Source of the DNA: Marsupella aquatica
Lineage: Eukaryota; Plantae; Marchantiophyta
Length of the DNA stretch: 64,000 bases
Direction of reading: 5' to 3'
NCBI GenBank assembly: GCA_973895155.1
Contig: OZ316891.1
Location: 15,283,037-15,347,036, forward strand
Part shown: piece after piece, positions 14,658-25,367 of the stretch
Layout of the letters: each line of letters begins with the position of its first letter
Position numbering within the stretch: the first letter of the stretch is position 1
Made by a program: the position numbers and the translations under genes
The notes under the pieces: model-generated
Seen by the model: only the letters and a program-made list of their open reading frames with translations
What the model was told of the DNA's origin: nothing
Databases searched by the model: none

Positions 14658-15395
14658 ATTAAAGATGATGGACGAGTTGATGAGTTTCACATCCACGAAT
14701 CCACGCGTTCTGAAGCAACATCCACACTCTGACAACGTTAGAAACTCATTCTCCCACTTCTCTAGCAACGATATTCTGATCAGATTTTCTCAGTAATGAC
14801 GTCTAGGGAACTTCGTGCCCCTTCTAAGGTCACATGTCGCATACATCCGTTTATCGATATCTGAGCAGAGAGGAACAGTGGCAGGCAAAATGATACGCTA
14901 CAATTCAACGTAACGGAGGGGAAACGCTGCGCATGTCAGCCCGGGGTGTGGCCTTTCTCCGCTCTAGCCACCAGCGTAGATATCCCTCCTGCCGGAACAT
15001 GAGTCTCCACATGGACAACTTTCTTTCCTTCCAACGCATGGCATACGGATGCATGTATGGACGCGATGAGGCTGGCATACGTATGGAGCCCGATATTGTA
15101 GTTCTCGCTCGCTCCTAGTATGGGAGTTGGTGGATGATGGGCGGCACAGGATCTCTGGACTGACTCAGTATACACAATTTCGCATGCAAAAACGTCTGTG
15201 ACAGGCTACTCATCTGAGAAAAAATTGGCAGCCTAAGCTCAACAACGCTTGCAAGACAGGAGACCTACCGTATCCATTGATTAAGAGCCCGCCGTCCCTA
15301 TCATGAACCAGGTACCTCTACTTTGTCCCTTGCCTCGGATTGATTTAACTCATCCTAGTTCGGTACAAGTGATCAACATTCTTTGACAGTAGGAC
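14658..15395. repeat. Copy A of a diverged dispersed non-coding duplication (paralog of 36427-36549 + 46217-46962)
   Basis: Shared colinear blocks include GACGAGTTGA..GTTTCAC, TCTGATCAGATTTTCTCAG, GAAACGCTGCGCATGTCAGC, GCTCTAGCCACCA, TCCACATGGACA and CCCTATCATGAACCAGGTACC...AACTCATCCTAGTTCGGTACAAGTGATCAACATTCTTTGACA. Confidence 0.85.
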
Positions 15396-16034
15396 GATCT
15401 TTTAGGAAACTCCCCCTCGTGGGCCGGTGAGAAGCCTTGGATTAACAAAGCCACAAAGATCAGATCCAAAATCTCCACAGGAATTGTGGGCACGTTTGGC
15501 ATACAGCAGGGAAATCAAGGCCAAGGATTCAGATCCACTGCCGGAACGATGCAATGGTTTCCTCGGAAAATCCTGAAAGTACACAAGATCCTGGACGTGA
15601 TGGCCACAAATCTGCTTGGCTCGTGAAGAAACCCCGACTCTGATAAAAACCCTGCTCACTGTTGTGAACAGTAACGTCGAAGAATTCCACCACAGGCCTC
15701 CACAAACCCGAAAAGCAACAAGGCTATATTTTGCACTCCACCGAAATGGAATTCCGAAACGGAAAGTGTCGTCAGATCTGGTCAAGGTCGTAAACCAAGA
15801 ACATAGCCTTCCTGCAAAGGGGGCGCACAGACACGCACACCGAACCCTCGTCTCCCACCGAGCCTCAAAATGCAACTGCCCCGTACTTTGCACTGAAAGT
15901 TCAAGCCCTCCTCCTATTCAACAGTTCACATGAAGTCCAAGAATCCAAGCTCCGGTCCAGGAAGGTCGACAATTATGCCAATACTCCTCCTTGCTGGGCC
16001 AAGCAAGCACGGCCAGCGAGCCAGCCAGCGAACT

Positions 16035-17060
16035 CTTCCTCAACTTCCTCGTCCTCGTCCTCGTCCTCCTCGTCCTCGTCTTCTTCGTGTTCGTCAATGC
16101 CCCCTCAGTCTTCGTCCTCTCGAGCCGAGCCACCGGACCGGACCGGACCACACTCGCTCCCTCACTTCCGCAGTACTACCCTAAAGCCGCACGCTGAGCA
16201 TGAAAATCATAAACAAGTGCCATCGCCGAAAAGCTCAACCCCTGCGAGACACGCCTGGCACTTCAATCCGGAACTTTCTGCCCTCCATCGCTACCAAAAA
16301 GGTGTCTGAATCTTCAGCCGGATGCGTTGCGTTGCTCCCGCAGTACTCCCATTGCACACCGCATCCTGCTCCCCTCTCCTGCCCTCCTCTCCCCTCCCCC
16401 CCCCCTGCCCTGCCCTGCCCTGCCCTGCCCTTTTTGCTCCTCTCGCCTGCCTCCCTCCCTCCTCCCTGTGCCTCCCCCTGCCAAGGCTCTCCTCTCGTCC
16501 CTACATGAAGAAACAAGAGCAAAGAAGGCGAAGAACGAGGAGACGAAGAAGAAGAAGTAGAAGAAGACGACCAGAGCGAATCATGCGACGCGACGACACC
16601 GGTGTTATCATTACTATTTTATCGTACTGTCTTACGCCACTACGCCTCTGGACTTGGGCGCTAGCACGGCCTGGCCTGGCCTGGCCTTCGCGACGGGCTG
16701 CCACCGGTCACGACGCGGGGGAATGCTGTCGCCCGACACGGCGTCTCCCGCTCGCTACCGTGCATCGCCGGTTGCTCGCAAGGCCGGCAGGGAGGAATCC
16801 CCATCCGGGAGACCAGCCCCGACCTGTCCCTTGCGCAACTGCCTCCACTGGCTGCTGGCCAGCTCGCTCTCTCCCTGCTTTGCGCCGCGGTGCAACGTTT
16901 TGTCCTCTCCTTTGTTTTGTTTTGTCTTGTTTTTTTGGTGCTTTGCTTTGTTTTCTTTTGTTTTTTGCTTTGCTTGGTCTTTTGCTTTGCTTTGTTTTGT
17001 GCTTTGCTTTGCTTTGTTTTGTGCTTTGCTTTGCTTTGTTTGTGCTTTGCTTTGCTGCGT
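16035..17060. repeat. Compound low-complexity/microsatellite region
   Basis: (GTCCTC)n at ~16045-16085, C-runs and (CCCTG)n at ~16370-16480, (GAA)n at ~16506-16570, and (CTTTG/TTTTG)n at ~16905-17057. Confidence 0.85.
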
Positions 17061-18871
17061 TGTCTGCACCGCTATTCTGTAATTTTGTACAGCAGGGCTG
17101 GAGGAAATGTGCAAGCAAGGCGAGCTCGAGTCATGTTCGTGGCACTGTGGCGTTATAAGTTCCATAATGGGATGTGGATCCAAACCTTCGTCCGCAAGAG
17201 ACGTCCCCAAATGCCATGTTCTGGTTTGGAAATTGTGTTCAGGGTTGTTTTGTTGGACGTCTCTGGTTGGTTGCATTTAGCGTGGGACGTCGTTATTATC
17301 CCTAATCTCAGGCGCAAGAGTGGTGCTGCAAGTTTCGTGGGATTGTGGTGCATTGTTGGTGTTCAAGACTTACTTTTCCTTGGCATGCTAGCAAGATTTC
17401 TGAGCATGTATGAGTTCCTATAATATCCTTGATCACCTGAGAGGCTGAGTCATGTCTCTGGTTAATTTGCTCAGTTTTTCAACTTGTGGAACGACTACTT
17501 TAGTTCTATTATTACCTGTTTTGGATGGCATCCTATAATATCCTTGATCACCTGGGAGGCTGAGTCATGTGTCTGTGTTAATGTTGTATAGAAAAAGGGA
17601 CAAATACCCAAAGCCCTAACTAGAATTAATCAGACATACATGCTAGGATTAGAAGCCATCAATATCTGGGTTCATAAATATGTTTAGCATGAGTAACCCC
17701 AGAGGCTGCCCGCTGCCAAGAAATCTGCATAACTGGGTGGTGAGGCACAGTGGCGGGTTCGGGGCCTGGGGTTCGAGGGTTGTAGCAGGCATCACAAAGT
17801 CTTTTAGCACAAACCCCACCTACACTGGGGTACACCAAGACCTATATGCCCACATACACTTGAAAAAATGGCATGGGACCGTAGGTTGGGGAAGTAAGGG
17901 CCCCAAGCAGGCTAGGGAGGTTTGAGACCGGGCTTTATCCTGAACAGTGGTGGACCTCGCCACCCAGTGCCCTCACCAATCCCAGCACTTGTGCCTAAGT
18001 GCCCTTGGTGCCCGAACGCCTCCACGGAATACCTCGAGCAAGCATCCAAGTGCTTTTAGCACCACCTGCGACCCCTCCCATACGACGTCGCACTTGTTCA
18101 CCTACATGACCGCTATTCAACAGTCCTCACTGTCTGCACAAGCAACCAAGCACCTCGATAAGTAACCCCATCGGATCTAGAACTTGCCAAGTCTAGCATC
18201 TTAACTCAAGCTCAATAGACGTTGGTAAATAGGTCAGCAATAGGTCCTCCCGACGCCATAAGCCGGAACCAGAACCCACGCCCACTGTTCGTCCAGGACA
18301 GCTCCTTCCTTGGGCGCGGTCCGAGTTCCCCCTCGTACCTATCCATCACCAACTGACCGCCCTGACCTCAGAACATGCTCATGGCCCAAATAGCATAGCT
18401 TGTCCTAAAGTTTGTCCCAAGCTTGTCTCAACACGCCGGGACCAGAATGGCCCCGACTCTAACACCGACTCCCGGGTCGCCCCACTGACGGTCTAGGGAC
18501 CAAGCGCCTTTGGGACTCAGCCTCTGGACTTACTTGGCCTTGCCTCCCCAACACCAACTCCCTTGGGAGGCTGAATGCGGCTTGGTTGCTGTTCGGCAGG
18601 ATTTGGCAAATGGGCGAGCTAACACCCGTCAACCACGAGAACCCATGGCACCCCTAGACCCAGTTGAGCTCAGGAGGGCATAGCCCTCCTCAAGAGCTTT
18701 CTAACGCACCTAAGAAGTCCTCCAATGGACTTCCCTTTGGGAAGATATCGTCATTTCCGTTTGGCGGTTTCCCTTAGTGTCGCGACCGCCGCGGCTCACG
18801 ACTTCGGCTCGCCCTTAGCCCCCAAGGAGACACCACTCCACTCATATATGCTTCTGGGGACCTGCCACCCC

Positions 18872-19199
18872 CATTCGCAACGGCAAGCCCATGAACCATC
18901 CAACGCACAATAGTCAACATAGAGAGATATGTGGTTCACCTCCACATGAGGCTACGTCCACGAGAACACACAATAGCTTTACTGCACTCTAGGCCGACCG
19001 GCCATACCAAGCATCCACAGCACAAGCTCTCCCTATCTCTCAACTAGCTCCGTAACAATGAGCCTAAGTTCCACCAGGGTCTGGCATCAGCCCTGGCTAT
19101 ATACACAACAGCACTACCGCTAACAATAGCTAAATCCTAACCCGAGTTAGCCTAATTGTAGTTAGCTCATGAGTCACAAGACTAGAGCAATATCTAACA
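18872..19199 (-). repeat. 3' LTR of the copia element (outer 16 bp missing)
   Basis: Aligns without gaps to 25040-25367, with about 11 substitutions by eye. Inner end reads TG on the minus strand, preceded by the PPT. Confidence 0.93.
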
Positions 19200-19210
19200 A
19201 ACTCCCCCTT
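19200..19210 (-). other. Polypurine tract (PPT)
   Basis: AAGGGGGAGTT on the minus strand immediately before TGTTAGA of the 3' LTR. Confidence 0.9.
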
Positions 19211-19409
19211 GACTCTTGTCTTGGGGACTGGACTAAATACTACCATATGGAATCCTCAGCGGGAAGTTCTAGACAATCACCAAACCATGTCTCCCCCTAA
19301 AAACCACAAGGGTTAACTAGGGGTTAACTAGAACTAAGTCGTAGCCAAACAGGAATGAGTAATCCATATACAAATAGTCACACATGATTGCTAAATAACT
19401 CTACTTGCA

Positions 19410-22400
19410 CTACAATTGCAAAACTTGCAAAGTAGCACGGTGTCTTGAGAAACTCTCCAAAGGAATCACTTTGGTAAAGACATCAGCGGGATTGAGCTTT
19501 CCATCAATCTTGACTAGCTCAAAAGTTTTATCAGACACTGCTTGCCTGATAAAATGGTACCTGATATCAATGTGCTTCACCTTGCTATCCATCACTTGGT
19601 TAGCAGCCAAGTGAAGAGCACTCTGACTATCACAATTTAGAGTCATTTTTCTATGCTCTAAACTCATCTCCGCGATCAACTTATCCAACCAAATTGCTTC
19701 ATTTGCTGCTTCTGTTGCTGCAACATACTCTGCTTCTGTAGTAGACTGAGATATCCACTTTTGTAAGGTAGATTTCCAACTGATACATCCTCCTCCAAGA
19801 GTAAATACAAACCTAGTTGTAGACCTCCTTGTATCCAGACAGCCTCCATAGTCAGAATCTACATAGTCAACTAACGTTCTATTTGATCTGTTATCAAATA
19901 GTAACCCATAGTCCTGTGTACCCTTGAGATACCTAAGAATCCACTTCACAGCTTCCCAATGTACCTTCCCTGGATTTGACATGAATCTGCTAACCTTGCC
20001 CATCGCTAGGGCCAAGTCAGGCCTAGTACAAGTCATCAAATACATCAGACTGCCTACTGCCTTCTCATAAGAAATCTTAGCCATCAGACCTTTCTCCACA
20101 ACATCCGTAGGAGAGAAAGCCGATGATAACTTGAAATGTGAAGCTAAAGGAATACTCACTGGCTTACAGTTCTCTATGTTGAATCGTGCAAGTACTTTCC
20201 TTGCATACTGGCCTTGACTCAAGCACAACTGTCCAATGTCAGAGTTCCTAAAAATCTCCATCCCTAAGATCCTCTTGGCCTTACCAAGATCCTTCATCCT
20301 AAATTCAACACTCAATTTCGCCTTGAGACTGTCAACCTCAGATTGATCTTTAGCCACAATCAGCATGTCATCCACATAAATAACCAGAATGATGAAACCA
20401 AACATATCATTCTTGACTGATTTCGTATACACTCAAGGATCATACACCATCCTTATAAAACCTTGAGCAAGCATGAAATCATCAAACCGCTTGTTCCACT
20501 GTCTGGGAGACTGCTTCAATCCATACAAGGACTTGAGCAATCTGCAAACTAAGTTCTCTTGGCCCTTCTTCATAAAGCCTAGTGGTTGTATCATGAAGAT
20601 CAACTCTTCCAAGTTGCCATAGAGAAAAGTAGTAACAACATCCATCTGATCCATCACTAGACCAAAAAACACAACAAGCTGACACAAGATCCGAATTGTG
20701 GAATACTTAGCCACCGGCAAAAAGACCTCATTGTAGTCCACTCCTTTCTTCTGAGTGAACCCCTTGGCAACAAGCCTTGCCTTGTAGATCTTATCTCCAA
20801 CCTCTGAAGGATTGTCCTTCAACTTGTAAATCCACTTGCTGTCCACCACTTGCTGACCTCTTGGAAGCTCCACCAACTCCCATGTCTTGTTGTCACTCAA
20901 AGATTGTAACTCCCTCTGCATTGCTGCATTCCACTCATATTTTTGCTCTGAAGCACAAGCCTCACTGTACGAAGAAGGCTCTCCTTCTTCCAAGATCAAA
21001 GCCATGTCATCTTCATTAGGTGCAATGTCAAACTCATCTAGCTTAGATAAGTCTGCCCATTGACCATACTGGTAGGAGCTCTAGTAGAACGACTGGAAGT
21101 TCTTCTAGTAGATGACTCAGGCTGATCTGTTGCTGCTGCTGGTTGAATTTGAGGTACCCCAGCAACAATCTGCTCCTCTTGTTCCATCACAGGAACCAGC
21201 TCCAAGCCCGGAGCTTCTCCATCTCTCCTGTCATGAACAACATCATGACTAATCTCCCCCTCAACCCCATCCGGGGTGGGAGATTTCCCCTTGTCAGTAT
21301 GGGAGTCCTGATAACTCTCCCCCTCCTTTGATGATCTGGACTCATTAAAGGACACATCTCTACTGACAATTAGCTTACAGGTTACTGGATCCCATAACCT
21401 ATAACCCTTCACACTGTTCTGATAGCCAAGGAAAATGCACTTCTTCAACTTGGACTCCAGCTTGGATCGCAGCTGGGAAGGTATAAGCACACAAGCATCA
21501 CATCCAAAAATCCTCAGATGTGAGTAATCTGCTAGACGCCCGTACCTCATTTCAAATGGCGTCTTGAATCCAATAGAACTGGATGGAGAAAAATTTACCA
21601 AATAAGCTGCAGTGTTGACAGCTTCAACCCAAAACTCATGTGATAAGCATGATTGACTCAACATACTCCTGGAGCGGTCCAATAGTGTTCGGTTGAGTCT
21701 CTCAGAAATACCATTCTACTGAGGAGTATAACTTGTTGTGAGATGGTGGGTAATCCCTTGCTCCTTACAATACGTTCCAAACTCCCTAAAACTATATTCA
21801 CCGCCGTTATCCGATCGAAGATATCTCACCTTATTACCAGTCTCATTCTCAACTTGGACTTTCCACTCCTTAAAAGTGGCAAAAACATCAGACTTATTGT
21901 GTAGAAAGTATATCCACACATACCTTGAGTAATCGTCTATGAACGTGATATAGTATAACCATCCAGAATGTGAGGGAGTAGGGGCTGGACCCCACACATC
22001 ACTATGTACATACTCAAGTACCTCCTTGCTGGTGTGAGTTCCAACTCTGAAGCGTTTTCTGTGCTGCTTCCCAAGCGCACAGTGCTCACAAAATTCCAAC
22101 TTACAAGATTGCAAATTAGAAAGTAATCTTTTTTCTGAAGAATAGCCAAACCTTTTTCACTCATGTGGCCCAAATGGAAGTGCCACAATCAGGCCGTCTC
22201 CTCATGAGATAAGGTTACATTGGCTTCATCACAAACTACACTGCCCTCCAAAACGTATAGATTGCTATGTCTCTTTCCCTTCAATACAACTTTAGTACCG
22301 GTTGAAACCTGAAGGACACCATTAGCAGAACTCCATGATGGCCATTTGCTTCTAAAACTCCAAGTGAAATGAGATTTTTCATCATGCTGGGAATGTGTCT

Positions 22401-23687
22401 CACATTCCTCAACGTTCTTACAGCACCATCAGACATATGAAATCTTATAGATCCAAGTCCAACAACTTGACATGGGATTTCATTTCCCATCAACACTAAC
22501 CCGTTGGAAACCGTGTAAGAACTGAAAAAATCTCTCCTAGAGCAAATGTGAAAAGTACATGCACTATCTAGAATCCAATCATCACTACCTGGATTTGACA
22601 CTACGTTGAGAGCATAACCTTGATATCACAATATGTCATCATCATCGAGTAAATCTACCCCATGCGAGCTCGATGCCGCGTTAGCAGATGCAGTAGGGAC
22701 CTTTACTCGACAATCCCTTTTCATGTGGCCAGACTTGCCACAATTCCAACATGCAAGAGGCTTCCTCTCTTGCAATTTCCCTCTGGATTTAGATCTCCCC
22801 CGTGATGTAGATCTAAACCTATTTTGCCCATTCGTGCATTGCGCTGCTCTTCCCCTGTTCACATTGAGCGTAGTGCCAGAAGAAGATGTTGTCTATGATT
22901 GACCCAGCTTCTTCTGAGCATCAGACAGTAATGAGCTCACCACCTCATTATACAAAATGGACTTCAGATCTCTGTACAAGAGCACCTGTTTCAAGCCCTG
23001 ATATGATGGCGGTAAGGAGCTTAGCAGAAGCAAGGCCTTATCCTCATCTTCAACTCCTTTTCCTAGGTTTGATAGATCCACCGCTAGACTGTCAAACTCA
23101 TCTAGGTGATCCTGCATCTTGCTCCCTTCCTTGAGCCTGAGGCTCATCAAGAGAGACTTCTTGTACAATCGGTCTGACGCATCTTCCTGGTTGTACTTCT
23201 CTCTTAGAGCCTTGAACAGTGACGCGCAATCCGCATAATTATCCAACTGTTTGATGATGTGCGGCTTGAGATATAGCATCACTGCGTTGACAGCAATCAC
23301 CTGCTCCTGTCTCCACTGTCTCACAAAAATCTCTTCCTCTCCATCATACTGCTCTCACAAAGAAAGCAGATGAGCTAAGCCCATGGCCCAAAGGACACTC
23401 TTCGCTTGCTTCTCCCATAGCAAGTAATCAGTACAACCATCGTACTTCTCCACCTCAAACTTCACTCCTCCAAATCTAGCCATCTCCCTCTTCTTCCCCA
23501 CTACCAACAGCTCTGGTAGTAACACAGCTTCCTCCACTGCACGTCGCACCGGTGATCGTACCGGTGTCACAAGTTCCTCCTCAAACGGTAGCAGCTCCTC
23601 CTTTGACTCTCCGTCTGATCGTCGCGATCTTGAAGCTCCACCGACGCCAATTCTTCCAGTATCCTCCGAGTCACTCATATGAAACAA
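19410..23687 (-). pseudogene. Copia gag-pol polyprotein interrupted by stops and frameshifts
   Basis: gag (KFEVEKYDG..., ALLLLSSLPPSY), zinc knuckle CWNCGKSGHMKRDC, protease WILDSACTFHIC, integrase HSDVWGP...LRSDNGGEY, RT KARLVAKGFTQ...YGLKQSPRQW...IYVDDMLI, RNase H DSDYGG...TEAEY...CDSQSA...KHIDIRYHFIR. Split across at least 8 ORF fragments. Confidence 0.95.
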
Positions 23688-25009
23688 TCATGAAAAAATA
23701 TCTTTTTTTGAAACTTCTCATAAAACTCAAAACTCAACACCGCCGCGTAGCCCACGAAGCTAGGAGTCCAATACTGAAAGTCTAAATCAAAATCAAAATT
23801 TGAAAAAAAAGTTATTCAAATTTTGGTCGGGGTGGGTAAAACCTTGGGAAAGTCCCCCATTTTGACCACCTCAGGGAATAACCAAAATACCAAGTGCAAC
23901 CCGTCGTCGGAATTGCGATGTGATTGGTGCGCCGCGTTGCTGACTTCAGTGGCAATGTCCTCGCCAAACAAGAACCAAAAAAGTTATCATTTGGCGGACG
24001 GAATCTTTGCCAGACGGCTGAAAAACAGCTCTCTGTTTTTTGGGAATATTCCCGCACAGTCCAACAGGTCTCACGGGGGGCCGTTCCCCCTGTCGGAGTG
24101 GTTAAAATGGAGGGCGGCAGGTCCCGGGTCCAAGGACAACCAAAGGAGAGGGAAAAAGCTATAAAAAGCGCCCTAAAGGGGGTGCTTAGGCCCCTTAAAC
24201 AAAAAATATAGGTGAATACACGAGGACGGGAGGTGGTGTGTGGGTATACACACGATTGTGTGTGTATTAACACACACAAGGGCCCAATAAAACCCCCCTT
24301 AAAGCAAAAAAGCTCCCCTGGAAAAAAAAGAATGTAAAACTCACTTGAAAAGCCGCTGTTTCCAACAAGAAAAGTGAATGCCGCCGACGGAAAAAGTGGC
24401 TGAATTTCACCGGCATAGTCTGCAGCTCCAGCAGAGTAGAAAATTTCCGCCGCGTCGCCTTCACTCCGCGTCAAGTGCCAATCCCGGGCTCAAAATGACC
24501 GCCTCGCCGCGATCAAACCGTTGAGCCGTAGCACTTCGCGTCTCTTCCACCGAGTCGGACATCACGAAGAGAAACCCGGTTCAGATGTGAACAAGCTCCA
24601 TAGCTTGTGAAAAAAAAACCTGAACGCCTTCGTCACTCGTCATGTCTCACTCGATAACAAATTGGCAACAATCCAGCTACCGAAACGACCACCTCGCTTC
24701 AACCTTCAACTTGAGCTATAATGTGCGACCCCTCCTGCACCGCACAGCTCACACTGTTGAAAAATGCAAACTCTGGTCTCTCCCCTGAAATACCATCGAA
24801 CACGAATAAACCCTGAATGATGCAAACTTCAATTCCTCCGCACCACGGATACCGATCAGCGAGTTCTAACCACCGTTAGAAAGCCCTCTCACTAACCTAT
24901 CCGCTCAGCCACACACATTCAAGTTTCATGCGACGAAACTCCGAATGTACCATCGATAGTGAACGCTGGAAAAACCTGTCACGAAAAAACCTCGTCACCT
25001 CCCAGGCAT

Positions 25010-25021
25010 GCTCTGATACCA
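25010..25021 (-). other. Primer-binding site (tRNA-iMet type)
   Basis: TGGTATCAGAGC on the minus strand, 2 nt inside the 5' LTR end. Confidence 0.93.
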
Positions 25022-25023
25022 CT

Positions 25024-25367
25024 TGTTGAGTATAGACGACATTTGCAACGGCAAGCCCATGAACCATCCAACGCACAATAGTCAACACAGAGAGATACGT
25101 GGTTCACCTCCACATGAGGCTACGTCCACGGGAACACACAAGAGCTTTATTGCACTCTAGGCCGACCGGCCATACCAAGCATCCACAGCACAAGCTCTCT
25201 CTATCTCTCAACTAGCTCCGTAACAATGAGCCTAAGTTCCACCAGGGTCTGGCATCAGCCCTGGCTATATACACAACAGCACTACCGCTAACAATAGCTA
25301 AGTCCTAACCTGAGTTAACCTAACTGTAGTTAGCTCATGAGTCACAAGACTAGAGCAATATCTAACA
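25024..25367 (-). repeat. 5' LTR of the copia element (344 bp, TG...CA)
   Basis: TGTTGAG...TCTAACA termini; direct repeat of 18872-19199. Confidence 0.95.

Larger units (their letters stand above)
18872..25367 (-). mobile_element. Ty1/copia LTR retrotransposon, near full length, decayed
   Basis: Paired LTRs, tRNA-Met PBS, PPT and copia domain order gag-PR-IN-RT-RH on the minus strand. Confidence 0.97.

Noticed and set aside
16322-17423. Long ORFs (278, 177, 173 aa etc.) with hydrophobic LCFAL or KQSKA repeats
   Set aside because: They are translations of stop-free microsatellites; several frames on both strands are open and there is no domain signal.
17582-17592. TGTTGTATAGA as the displaced tip of the copia 3' LTR
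   Set aside because: It needs a 2-nt gap, and the flank (GTTAA) does not match the right flank (TGGCC), so there is no TSD support.
18666-18698. GAGCTCAGGAGGGCATAGCCC resembling miR390
   Set aside because: It has an insertion and mismatches versus miR390, forms only a tiny local hairpin with no miRNA* arm, and lies in decayed repeat sequence.
23812-24474. 220-aa minus-strand ORF in the copia leader as an extra (env-like) gene
   Set aside because: It has a non-ATG start, crosses homopolymer-rich leader sequence and shows no recognisable domain.
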